This document shows positions 15,808 through 25,677 of a stretch of 64,000 nucleotides of DNA, in pieces. Below the pieces are notes generated by a model. It saw only the letters and a program-made list of their open reading frames with translations, did no database searches and was not told the origin of the DNA. Each line of letters opens with the position of its first letter. Position 1 is the first letter of the stretch. Both the position numbers and the translations under genes were made by a program. Origin of the DNA: a virus. The stretch is taken from positions 17,538-81,537 of the IMG/VR virus record IMGVR_UViG_3300042563_002299. One strand, 5' to 3'.

Positions 15808-17994
15808 CTAACTACAACTAACACAAGATATGTCATAATCAATCAACAAGTTGACTTTTATTTCAGTATCTTGTAATGGATTTATTTGTTGAACTGTACA
15901 GTTTTTAGTTGTATCCTCACATGCTGTTGTTATTGTAATCCTATTTGATATTACATCAACAGTAACACTTGATATACCTGAAAAACTTTCCAAAATATTT
16001 ATAATGGCATCCGCCCAAACCGTATCACTTGGATAATCTGTGGTTCCTGTTGAAGTGTAGAACTGTGTTTGTGCTGATACCCCACCAACCTCAGCGTAAA
16101 TCGTAAAGTCAGCAGAATTAATAATACAATTTGTATCACCACTTGTAAGATCGTAAAAACCTTCTAAGTACATGGACCTTATCGTCTTTTTCTGTATTAA
16201 ACCACTATCAAAGAATTGTTCCTCACAAACAGTATAGTATCTATAATCCACATATTTTTTAGTTCCAGTAAGAGTTACCGATTTTGTTAAAGAACACCCA
16301 CTTACATCAGTACAAGTTAAACTATATGTCCCTGCGGTAAGACCACTAACCGTAGATCCTGTTTGCCCGTTAATACTTCCTCCACTCCATACTAAATTAA
16401 ATGGTGGTTCCCCTGAAAAAATAAAAGTAGTGATTGACCCATCGTTACCATTAAATGGTTGTGAAGCAAATAAATCAAAATAAACCGATTCACTATAATC
16501 AACATAAACAGCAAAACTCTGAATACAATTTGGTGTACCAGAATCTTGTACCGTAAGCGTATAATTACCCCATTTTAGGTTATTAAAAATACCAACAGGA
16601 CTTGTTGTACTTGTTGGATTATAAGTTGGGCCTGTCAATGTAAATAAGTAAGGTAATGTACCTCCCGTCGAAACAACAACTTCAATTCTACCATTATCCC
16701 CCCCACATGTCGTTCCTGTAACTGCGGTTGTTGCACTATATAAATTAGTTGAGCTAATTGTTGTTGTTGCAGTATAAGTACAACCAGCGGATGTTACCGT
16801 TACTAAGTAATTACCATTAGGTAACCCATTAAATGTCTGATTTGGATTTCCTAACACACCAACTTGTTGTATTCCTGAACTACCTGAAACTGAAATTAGT
16901 AAGTTAGCCTCGGTACTATTTCCATTATCAACCAAAACTTGTATTGATCCACTACTTGTAGAACAAAATGAATTAGTTGTGTTAACAGCAACCGTACTAA
17001 ATGAGTTTGGTGTTTGTAAAGTAACGCTATCAAATATCGTACATAAACCAGCATCAGTTACCAAGAAAGAGTATGCTCCCGATGATAAACCTGTAAATGT
17101 TAATGACGTATCAAACGTTATTCCAACTTGACCCGAAGATCCGCTGAAAAAATAAGGTGCGGTTCCATTTGCAACTATAAACTCAACTTCCCCGTCGTTC
17201 GCAAAACAACTTGGTTGCTGAATCGTTATAAAACCGGCAGATTGTAATGGTGCAACGGTATTAACAAAATATGATTGTGAACTACTACAACCGGATGAGT
17301 TAGTTATATCAACAATGTAAGTACCACTTGTTAACCCTGTAACTGTTGTACCTGTTTGTCCGTTTACATTTGAACTCCAGTTTATCGTATAAGCAGAAAT
17401 TGGAGGAGTTAAACCTGTAATAAATATTTTTCCACTTCCTCCACCAATACAACTAGCATCGTCAACAACATATCCACCAAATGTGAATCCTGTTGATGGT
17501 GTTAAAATAACTGAAGCCGTTATCCCTGTACATCCACCACCATCGTTAGCAACTATATAGTACGTTCCCGCAGATAAGTTGGTGAACTCATAATAAGGTG
17601 TTGGTGTTATTGCTGATGTTATGTAATTATCACTACCATCGTAAAGAATAAATGACGCATTCCCATAAACTGTAGGTGTAAACCCTGTAATAACACCATT
17701 ATCTAAACCACACGAAGGTGCTGTCGAATCAATAGTTACAGTTGTACCTGTTGAAATGTAAAATGGTTGGACTATTTTGGTGGTCACGTTCGCAACATTA
17801 ACATAATAAGTACCACCTGTCAGTCCCGTCACATAATAAAAAGTAGTACTTGCAGATGAAGGTAGATATAAACCGGCAGCATCCGCAACACTATATGTGG
17901 CAGTATCACCGGTTATGTTAAAAAACACCGCACCTGATCCTGTATTACTACAGTCACCAGTGACGCTTAAATTATATACTTGAATGTACCCCAT
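15808..17994 (-). CDS. Multi-SprB-repeat virion surface protein
   Basis: Repeated C...G.I....GG..PY...W......TGLTAGTY...V.D..GC units. Confidence 0.75.
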   Translation of the reverse strand: MGYIQVYNLSVTGDCSNTGSGAVFFNITGDTATYSVADAAGLYLPSSASTTFYYVTGLTGGTYYVNVANVTTKIVQPFYISTGTTVTIDSTAPSCGLDNGVITGFTPTVYGNASFILYDGSDNYITSAITPTPYYEFTNLSAGTYYIVANDGGGCTGITASVILTPSTGFTFGGYVVDDASCIGGGSGKIFITGLTPPISAYTINWSSNVNGQTGTTVTGLTSGTYIVDITNSSGCSSSQSYFVNTVAPLQSAGFITIQQPSCFANDGEVEFIVANGTAPYFFSGSSGQVGITFDTSLTFTGLSSGAYSFLVTDAGLCTIFDSVTLQTPNSFSTVAVNTTNSFCSTSSGSIQVLVDNGNSTEANLLISVSGSSGIQQVGVLGNPNQTFNGLPNGNYLVTVTSAGCTYTATTTISSTNLYSATTAVTGTTCGGDNGRIEVVVSTGGTLPYLFTLTGPTYNPTSTTSPVGIFNNLKWGNYTLTVQDSGTPNCIQSFAVYVDYSESVYFDLFASQPFNGNDGSITTFIFSGEPPFNLVWSGGSINGQTGSTVSGLTAGTYSLTCTDVSGCSLTKSVTLTGTKKYVDYRYYTVCEEQFFDSGLIQKKTIRSMYLEGFYDLTSGDTNCIINSADFTIYAEVGGVSAQTQFYTSTGTTDYPSDTVWADAIINILESFSGISSVTVDVISNRITITTACEDTTKNCTVQQINPLQDTEIKVNLLIDYDISCVSCS

Positions 17995-20981
17995 TATTGA
18001 TTACAAAATATTTCAAATTCAATTCCTATGTTTATTTGGAAGTCGTCAAAATTAGGAATACAGTTATTGTTAAATACAACCACATTTTCATTGTCCACAT
18101 CAATATTATAACTATAACCTGATGTTAGTAAATTATCTAAAGCGTCTCCCAAAGCATTAACCCATTGAGTGTCGGTAGGATATTGACTTGGTCCAATTCC
18201 ACTGAAGAATCCGTATTGTTGTATTAATACTCCGTTTTGTCTTATATCAACATACCAACTTGATGAAACCGTATTTATCGAACACACGGTTGAGTTTAAA
18301 CCATTTTGAGTAAAGAAGTTTTGTAATGTTTGAGTTAAAACAACACCAAAAGAACTAATTAACGGATCACTATTCCAAGGATATAAACCACAAATAACTT
18401 CTTGTACAGGACAATCTAAAACATAAAGTTGTGTTGATAAAGTACAAGGTTTACAAGGTACCGGTATAAATCTACAACCTTCTTGTCTTCTCCAAACAAA
18501 TTTTTGTCTGTGTAGAACAGAATTTTCTAACCTAACACCAGTGTTCCATATTGTTGTAGCAGGAACCATTTGTTCTACCATTCTAATCCAATAGTTACCC
18601 ATACCATTCACATAATCAATCATCGTTTGATATGTGAAATTATCATTTTCAATACCCGCTAATTTTTGTGATTCCAAGTATCTCCAATAAATTGATTGTA
18701 ATGTGGGGTACCCACCTGTTTTACCATCAGTGATTGTTTGTCTATTTCGGACATTAATCATATTCCTCCAAAACGTTTGAGCAAACTCAAAGAATGTTTT
18801 TTGTTTTGGTTTCGGAACAATTGTTGTCCAATCAATACCACCCAATTTAGGATATGGGTTTGGTATATCACAAGGTGTTGGTGGTGTATAGAATAACCCT
18901 TGTTCAGGTATTGGGAAGTTATATTGACGAGACATTGTCCATACATCATAAACCAAACCTTGAGCCGGGTTCATCATAATATCAACATTCTTAACATTCA
19001 ATGTTAAACATTCTTCCCCCACCTCATAATAAGAATTAAATCCACCCTCAAAACTTGTTCTTAAAGTTGGGTCTGAATCAGTCCAACTCTTTTTATTATC
19101 GGCAACTCTTCTTAACTTAAACCCTAAGTTCAAATAAGGGAATTGTCTGTATCGTTGTAAATATTCTTCACCGTAATTAAATGGTAATAGTTGAGTTTGA
19201 TAATTTGGGTTATTACCTGTAAATAATAAATTTGTTGGTACCGCAAACTCAGGCATTCTGTGTTGTGGTGTGGACTCAAACCATCCCCCACCAATTTGGA
19301 AGTAATATGTTTCAGATGCGGTTGGCATTTGAGGACAACCGAACGCGTCAACAGGATAATCACCTCTATCCGTTAAAACATTAGAATTAACCGAAAATGT
19401 TGTGAATCCCGTATATTGAACCCCTTGAATGTAGAATATATTATCACCTTGTAATACGGGTAATTGTAAACTTATCGTACCACCTGTAATTTGGAAGTAT
19501 TGTTTTTCAAACTCCCTCATGTTGATTCGTTGATCCGCAACATAGATGTATTCATTAAAATCAATCAACGCTTCAGGTGCACCAACCATTCTTAATAAAC
19601 ACTCAATAGATTTTCTTGTACCTTTTGATTTAAAAAGGTAAGCTGAGTTTAATATTAAGTTCCTATAGAACTGATAGTTGATCTCTTCAGGTGTTGGTCC
19701 GATTTGTAAACCAGGGAATGTATTAGGTTGTGTTGAGAATACCGCCTGTAGTAACTCCTCATTGGATATTGGTGAGAAATTTGTGGTCCAACCCAAAGTT
19801 TGAGCCAAGTTTTTCAATAATTGTGATGGTATATCGTTCTGTACGGTATAATGAACACTATTAATATTACCTAAAGCCGATATGAAAGATTTTGTCTCAT
19901 CGAAACTTCTTCCATAAATCTGTAATAATTTTTCGAATTTTTGGTCAGGTGTATCAAACTCTTTTAATGCTCCTGTTGTAAAAAATCTTGAAATTAAGTT
20001 TGTATTATATTGATCTAAATTGATCGCAAAGTCATTAATCTGTGTTAAGTAGTTATCAAAACTTGATGTGATGATATCTAAGTTCCAAATACCCGCTTTA
20101 GGGAATGTTGCATACTCACTTGAGATCGCAAATGAACCATCTTCCAATTCTTTTGGTACAACAAACTTAGCTGTGTAAGCCGGTGTTATTTGTCTGTTAA
20201 GCAAAAAGTTCTCAACCGGATCAAACTTAAGATTAAACACTTTATTAACCTCAAAGTCATTTGGTCTAATTACCAAATAATCATAAGATATTTGATTACC
20301 ACTAAATGGATTTCCATCAACAATGATTTTTAAACTAGTTGAACTACTATCGGTAGGGTATAAATAATTAAGAGGGTATTGTTGTCCGTTAATGAATAGA
20401 ATATATTTTTTATACTCTAATTTCATATTTCTTAATATTGAAACCTCATTTTCACTAAACCTCATGTTGGTTTCAGCGTTTTGTGAGTAATCAATATCAA
20501 AAGGGTTTCTTATTGAAGATAATAAAATCTCTAATGTTGTATCATTTTCAATAGAATCATAACTTATATTGAATGCGGTTTCTTGGTTAATGAATTTGTC
20601 CGTTTGTGGTGCAATTTCTAAACCAGCGGGAAAGAAGTTAATTATCTTTGTTATTGAGACCGAAAATCTTTTAACTAATGAACCATATTGGGTAAAGTTT
20701 GTTACCTGACTTAAATCGTAATTAGGATAAACTCGGTAGTTTGCCGCTAATATTTCTGCGGACTCTACGTTTGTATCAATATTAATAGATTCTAAATTGA
20801 TAGGATCAGAAAATGTACCTATCGTAAAAGTTCTATTCTGTTTTTCGGTAATGTTTGTTGTGAAATTAAAATTCGCTTGTGTCAAACCTCCGCCAGCAAC
20901 AAGTTGTACCCCAACTAAATTGTTAGAGAATTGATTTGCTGCACTACTTTGAGGCGGACAAGTAAATTTCTGTGTTGCCAT
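17994..20981 (-). CDS. Baseplate wedge protein (P2 gpI / T4 gp7-like core)
   Basis: IPSQLLKNLAQTLGW...FYRNLILNSAYLFKSKGTRKSIE core motif. Confidence 0.65.
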   Translation of the reverse strand: MATQKFTCPPQSSAANQFSNNLVGVQLVAGGGLTQANFNFTTNITEKQNRTFTIGTFSDPINLESINIDTNVESAEILAANYRVYPNYDLSQVTNFTQYGSLVKRFSVSITKIINFFPAGLEIAPQTDKFINQETAFNISYDSIENDTTLEILLSSIRNPFDIDYSQNAETNMRFSENEVSILRNMKLEYKKYILFINGQQYPLNYLYPTDSSSTSLKIIVDGNPFSGNQISYDYLVIRPNDFEVNKVFNLKFDPVENFLLNRQITPAYTAKFVVPKELEDGSFAISSEYATFPKAGIWNLDIITSSFDNYLTQINDFAINLDQYNTNLISRFFTTGALKEFDTPDQKFEKLLQIYGRSFDETKSFISALGNINSVHYTVQNDIPSQLLKNLAQTLGWTTNFSPISNEELLQAVFSTQPNTFPGLQIGPTPEEINYQFYRNLILNSAYLFKSKGTRKSIECLLRMVGAPEALIDFNEYIYVADQRINMREFEKQYFQITGGTISLQLPVLQGDNIFYIQGVQYTGFTTFSVNSNVLTDRGDYPVDAFGCPQMPTASETYYFQIGGGWFESTPQHRMPEFAVPTNLLFTGNNPNYQTQLLPFNYGEEYLQRYRQFPYLNLGFKLRRVADNKKSWTDSDPTLRTSFEGGFNSYYEVGEECLTLNVKNVDIMMNPAQGLVYDVWTMSRQYNFPIPEQGLFYTPPTPCDIPNPYPKLGGIDWTTIVPKPKQKTFFEFAQTFWRNMINVRNRQTITDGKTGGYPTLQSIYWRYLESQKLAGIENDNFTYQTMIDYVNGMGNYWIRMVEQMVPATTIWNTGVRLENSVLHRQKFVWRRQEGCRFIPVPCKPCTLSTQLYVLDCPVQEVICGLYPWNSDPLISSFGVVLTQTLQNFFTQNGLNSTVCSINTVSSSWYVDIRQNGVLIQQYGFFSGIGPSQYPTDTQWVNALGDALDNLLTSGYSYNIDVDNENVVVFNNNCIPNFDDFQINIGIEFEIFCNQ

Positions 20982-21886
20982 TAAGCTGTGATATTGTTAA
21001 ATGCTTTAGAGAAGTCGATATTTTCACCACGATTTTGTCTAACCTCATAAAGAAGAGAGTTAAACTGATCTTTAATTTCATACAAGTTGTATTGTTGATA
21101 GATGTTATTATCAGCATCGTAAATAGTGTAGATACCGTCCTCAATAGATTTAGTTTGATTACCGTAAAGTGCAATTGCAAGTGTTGAAATGTCTTGATCA
21201 ACAATTTCAATTTCAGTACTTATAGGGTTGAAGTATGTATTTGAAATAATGATACTTTGGTTTGGTTGACCTATAAATGGTGTTGCACTTGGTTTGTTAG
21301 TAGGTGATGATGAAGGTGATAACGTACAAAATAGTAGGTTTGTTGCTCCCTCAACATAAGCATATCTAATAGATTTTTGAATTGTGTTTGTTAGGTTTTG
21401 TACCACAGGTTCACAATAGAACGATGAAGTAATGATCCTAAAAAAGTTAGGTATTTTAGTCCCATCAGGATTTAAATATTCAACTCTAAAACCAACTAAC
21501 CCCTGATTAACGAATTTGTTTCTATATTCAACTGGAACGTTATTAAGGTCAATCACAAGACCCTTTACATTTGGTAATGCCGATAAGACACCACAATCAG
21601 TAATTGTTGTTCTGATTTGTGCCGGTCTAATCATTAGAGTATAAATCCCTAATTTGTTAAATTGGTCTGCCGGTAGTTTAAGGTTATATAAACCACCTAA
21701 TATTTCAACACTACTTCCACCTGTATTGGCGTTATTGAAGTATGGTCTCAACACATCTTGAGCATTCAAAGTTGTTAGTGTGAAGTTCTGAGTATCGTCT
21801 CTTGATTCTGTATAAACCACTACGATCTCAACGTCTTCAGGACTAACGTCTGATGGTCTTATAGTTCCGTAATTACCTGTTGCCAT
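20981..21886 (-). CDS. Putative structural protein
   Basis: 301-aa ORF in the baseplate cluster, upstream TATTTAT. Confidence 0.6.
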   Translation of the reverse strand: MATGNYGTIRPSDVSPEDVEIVVVYTESRDDTQNFTLTTLNAQDVLRPYFNNANTGGSSVEILGGLYNLKLPADQFNKLGIYTLMIRPAQIRTTITDCGVLSALPNVKGLVIDLNNVPVEYRNKFVNQGLVGFRVEYLNPDGTKIPNFFRIITSSFYCEPVVQNLTNTIQKSIRYAYVEGATNLLFCTLSPSSSPTNKPSATPFIGQPNQSIIISNTYFNPISTEIEIVDQDISTLAIALYGNQTKSIEDGIYTIYDADNNIYQQYNLYEIKDQFNSLLYEVRQNRGENIDFSKAFNNITA

Positions 21887-21916
21887 TTTTAATCTTTTTT
21901 CCTTTTTTATAAATAG

Positions 21917-23092
21917 TTATGTGGACACTTTTTCAACATTAAAATATTTGTATCCGTATTTTTCTAAATCACCCACATTATCGACTTCACCTAACCTCAT
22001 CACATTTTCCAATGCAGTATATTTGCCTCGTTCAATAAAGACATTTGTTATAATTTCGGGTTCGTCAATAACATTTAATAATGCCTCATTCTTTGTTAGA
22101 GCACTTAAAACTAAATCACCTGGTACTAAACCATACGAATCAACTACATAAATTGTATAGTCCTCGTAATCAAAATAGTTTACACCATTGATCGTATAAG
22201 CCGAATACGACCCTGTTGGGTCAACACCCCAATATGTTCCTATCGAACCTGTGTTTCCTGTAACCTGAATACCTAATTTATATTTCCCGCCAGCCAAGTT
22301 TATCTTTGGTCCGTATTGTGATAAATCATTAAGTGTTGATTCAGTAAATCCTGTAATAACAAATGGTACCGAAGTATAGTTGTAAGAGTAATAATCAGTC
22401 ACATCGGTATTTGAATCACCTGTGAATATATAGTCGTAACTTATTGGTGTTGCAGACCAACTACCGCCAGCAGGATAAAACACAATATTACCCTGTGGAT
22501 TTGTTATTGTTACATTTGAATATGGTACTGTTACGGGTTTCTCAACTTTAGATATACCCCAAGGCGAATTAGCCGTTAGAGTAATTGTGTAGTTGTTTGA
22601 TGCCGTCGGGTAGATGTGAGTTAAAGGTGTAATACCAACAACCGATTGTTGTGGTGACCCATCACCCCAATCCAAAGTATAGGTCGATAATTGTAAAAAC
22701 TTAATAAACTCTAAATCGGAAGTATTATAAAAAGTATATGTATACGGATTTATAGTATTAGCCGTAGCGATAAAATTATTTAATACATCCGCCTGTAACA
22801 TTAAACCATCAGTTGGGGTGTAATAACCCAAATCAACCGCAGATTCAGTTAACATAATATTAACTGAAAGTCCTGTTAAGAACGATGTTCCACCTGTGTT
22901 ACCCGATAAAATATAATCCATAGGTAGATAAACACCAGTTGTTCCTGTTGTAGTTGCACTTATTGTTGTTTCGGTTAAACAACAAGGATCAATAATAGTG
23001 GTAATATCTGTTTCCCCTGTGTATGGAACAAATACAAGATCACTCTTGATGTTTTCGGGTGAAATAATAAACTTATATTCTTGTAATTCCAT
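21917..23092 (-). CDS. PKD-domain virion protein
   Basis: YTLDWGDGSP...THIY...YTITLTANSPWG PKD signature. Confidence 0.7.
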   Translation of the reverse strand: MELQEYKFIISPENIKSDLVFVPYTGETDITTIIDPCCLTETTISATTTGTTGVYLPMDYILSGNTGGTSFLTGLSVNIMLTESAVDLGYYTPTDGLMLQADVLNNFIATANTINPYTYTFYNTSDLEFIKFLQLSTYTLDWGDGSPQQSVVGITPLTHIYPTASNNYTITLTANSPWGISKVEKPVTVPYSNVTITNPQGNIVFYPAGGSWSATPISYDYIFTGDSNTDVTDYYSYNYTSVPFVITGFTESTLNDLSQYGPKINLAGGKYKLGIQVTGNTGSIGTYWGVDPTGSYSAYTINGVNYFDYEDYTIYVVDSYGLVPGDLVLSALTKNEALLNVIDEPEIITNVFIERGKYTALENVMRLGEVDNVGDLEKYGYKYFNVEKVST

Positions 23093-23895
23093 TATGGATT
23101 AACGTATTCGTACCATTTTATCGGTGTTAAAGAATCACCAACCCTTAAGTTGGTTGATGTTGAGAACACTTCGTATGTTTTGTTGTTATAATTTAAATCT
23201 ACTCTATAATAGAAATATGTTGAGTTATCAAAAGTGAATTTATCAGGTATGATTAAATTTTGTCGGGTATTGGTCATTCTCTTAAAAACACCGGTTCTTG
23301 CATCAAAGAAACTTGCCGTCATATAAAATTCATCGATATTAATCACCTCACGACTTCTTAACCAATAAATGAAAAACCCTTCTTTATCACCAATATAATC
23401 TAAAACCATTTTTGGTTTCTTAATCTCAACAGGTGGAACCAAAGGTGATAAAACCACCGTTTCTGTTCTACCTTGTTGTACCGGTAAAATAATCGATAAA
23501 TAAAGTTGTTGTGTCTTTTCGTTATCACTATCAAACAAATCCAACTTAAAAAACGATTTAATAAATGGTTTAGCGTAATAATATACTTGTTCTGTGGTAA
23601 ATCCGAGATCTAAATATGAATTATCCCAAGACCCTACGGTTGTTGCCGTAATTGGTTGTGAGTAATCATAAAAGTAAAATTCGTAATCAATCGCCGAATC
23701 TAAATTAGGAAATACATTATGTGCAAACCTTGATATTTCAAAGTCGGTCGCGGTTCCAATAACTTGTTTTAAGATAGTTGTCTCGTATTCTGTGATCGCT
23801 TCATCTCTACCAGTAAAATCCCATTGCATATTAATTGGGATATTAATAGATTGGTCTAAATCTGTTTTTAATATTTTTACTTTATTCGCATTCAT
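23092..23895 (-). CDS. Putative structural protein
   Basis: 267-aa aromatic-rich ORF coupled to neighbours. Confidence 0.6.
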   Translation of the reverse strand: MNANKVKILKTDLDQSINIPINMQWDFTGRDEAITEYETTILKQVIGTATDFEISRFAHNVFPNLDSAIDYEFYFYDYSQPITATTVGSWDNSYLDLGFTTEQVYYYAKPFIKSFFKLDLFDSDNEKTQQLYLSIILPVQQGRTETVVLSPLVPPVEIKKPKMVLDYIGDKEGFFIYWLRSREVINIDEFYMTASFFDARTGVFKRMTNTRQNLIIPDKFTFDNSTYFYYRVDLNYNNKTYEVFSTSTNLRVGDSLTPIKWYEYVNP

Positions 23896-25675
23896 CTACT
23901 AATGGATCCTCAATTGTGTTTATGTTCTGTGGAACTTTACCTATTTGTGCGTAATCACTTGGTATGTTAAAATCTTCAGGTGTTATCCTAAAAATCGTAT
24001 TAACGTATGGATAATGACCCCCATTCATAAATGGAAAATCAATACCAATACCTTCATTATCTATAAAACCATATGGATATAAATCCCTCCATCTAAACAA
24101 TGCGTTTGTTGTGGAGTAATATGCGTAAGGTGGAATACCAACTACACTTGTTGAACTTCCTTCCTCAATATAATCGGAGAATGCTCCGATTTGAATTGGA
24201 TTATGTGGTTGATAAAAATACCCTATTTGATTACTACTATTTAACCCATTATCAACGATTGCAAACCAATTTTGGTTGAATTTTATTTTGTGTTGATAAG
24301 TTGATATAACTCTTTCTAACTGATTGAAGTTATTCCATTCACAAAAATCTCCGTCGATTGTGTCACCTGATGATAATAATTGATTGTAAAAAAACGGTCC
24401 TGTCCCAACCAAAGAATTGTATTGTCCTTGTGGTATATTTGTATTTGAATTGGGGTTATTTTGATCCCACCAAGTTTGGGGTTTTTTGTTCTGTAAAAAC
24501 GTATTAAAGTCCCAACCTTGTTTCATATTTCTTGTCCACCCAAAATAACCTCTCCAAATTGTCGTAAAAAATAATTCAGTTAGTGGTCTGTTTTGATTAT
24601 CTATTAATCCACTTATATTGATATCACAATTGAATGATAATGTGTAGGACCTACTACCTTCTTTAACAGATGTTCTTTGTTTTTCATTTGGTGTTAGAAC
24701 TTTTATCTCACATTTCTTTTTATCACCATAGATGTTTCTTTCAAAACCGGCATTAACTAAAACAGCACAATTAGGGTCAGTAATGATTTTGTGTTTACGA
24801 ATATAATATTGACTTACCGTGTCCGCAGAATTAGCGGCATTTATTACCCTCCTAAATGTCCCTTGAGTGTTTGTTTGGAATGTCGTACCAGTATATCCAA
24901 CATTTCGTATGTTGAAGATGTATTCATCAGATCCTGACCCTCCATCACCCAAACTAGTTACTTGGAACATTTGGTTTCCGTTGTAATTTACAGATAGATA
25001 AACATATTCTCCAACCGTTAACCCGTGTTTCATTGGTGTCTTGAATACTATATTATTACGTAAAGTATTTGATCCTACCACAATATAATATGGTATCCCA
25101 TTCGATGCGACCCAACTCCAAGTTATATTTGTGTCCGGTTCTACGGTAAATAAAGTTTTGGTGAAATCATTTGCGTAAGCATAACTTATATAATGAGACC
25201 AGTTATAGGTCGTTGCACTTACACTTTTAAAGTTTAAGTGATTACTTGGTGGTTGAGTATAACCCACAACACTATTATCCGTCCTGATGAAATCAAATTC
25301 AGAGTATTGTGGTAGACCTTCCCACGGCACACTTTGATCTGTCGCAAATGGGGGTTGATTACCTTGATAATAGTAGTTTTGAGCATTACCTACCGCGTTA
25401 GTATAATATAAGTTATCTCTATATGGAACATAAGTAGTTTCACCTGAAATTGCGTTCTCAAATAAGATTGTGAACTTGGTGACCGGTCTAAATATGGTTG
25501 ACGCTTGTCGTTCTTCTTCAAATACATTTACCAAATTTAAATCAACACTTCTGTCATATTCAATTAAATCTTTACTTGTTTGACTGAACGGTATGTTTAT
25601 AAACTGATCGGTTCTCGGTGCGGATTTATATCTCTGTGTTGACGATATTATTCTTTCTGTTGGATCTACGGTCAT
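23882..25675 (-). CDS. Putative structural protein
   Basis: 597-aa ORF; KHGLTVGEYVYL small beta-barrel-like motif. Confidence 0.6.
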   Translation of the reverse strand: MTVDPTERIISSTQRYKSAPRTDQFINIPFSQTSKDLIEYDRSVDLNLVNVFEEERQASTIFRPVTKFTILFENAISGETTYVPYRDNLYYTNAVGNAQNYYYQGNQPPFATDQSVPWEGLPQYSEFDFIRTDNSVVGYTQPPSNHLNFKSVSATTYNWSHYISYAYANDFTKTLFTVEPDTNITWSWVASNGIPYYIVVGSNTLRNNIVFKTPMKHGLTVGEYVYLSVNYNGNQMFQVTSLGDGGSGSDEYIFNIRNVGYTGTTFQTNTQGTFRRVINAANSADTVSQYYIRKHKIITDPNCAVLVNAGFERNIYGDKKKCEIKVLTPNEKQRTSVKEGSRSYTLSFNCDINISGLIDNQNRPLTELFFTTIWRGYFGWTRNMKQGWDFNTFLQNKKPQTWWDQNNPNSNTNIPQGQYNSLVGTGPFFYNQLLSSGDTIDGDFCEWNNFNQLERVISTYQHKIKFNQNWFAIVDNGLNSSNQIGYFYQPHNPIQIGAFSDYIEEGSSTSVVGIPPYAYYSTTNALFRWRDLYPYGFIDNEGIGIDFPFMNGGHYPYVNTIFRITPEDFNIPSDYAQIGKVPQNINTIEDPLVDECE

Positions 25676-25677
25676 TA

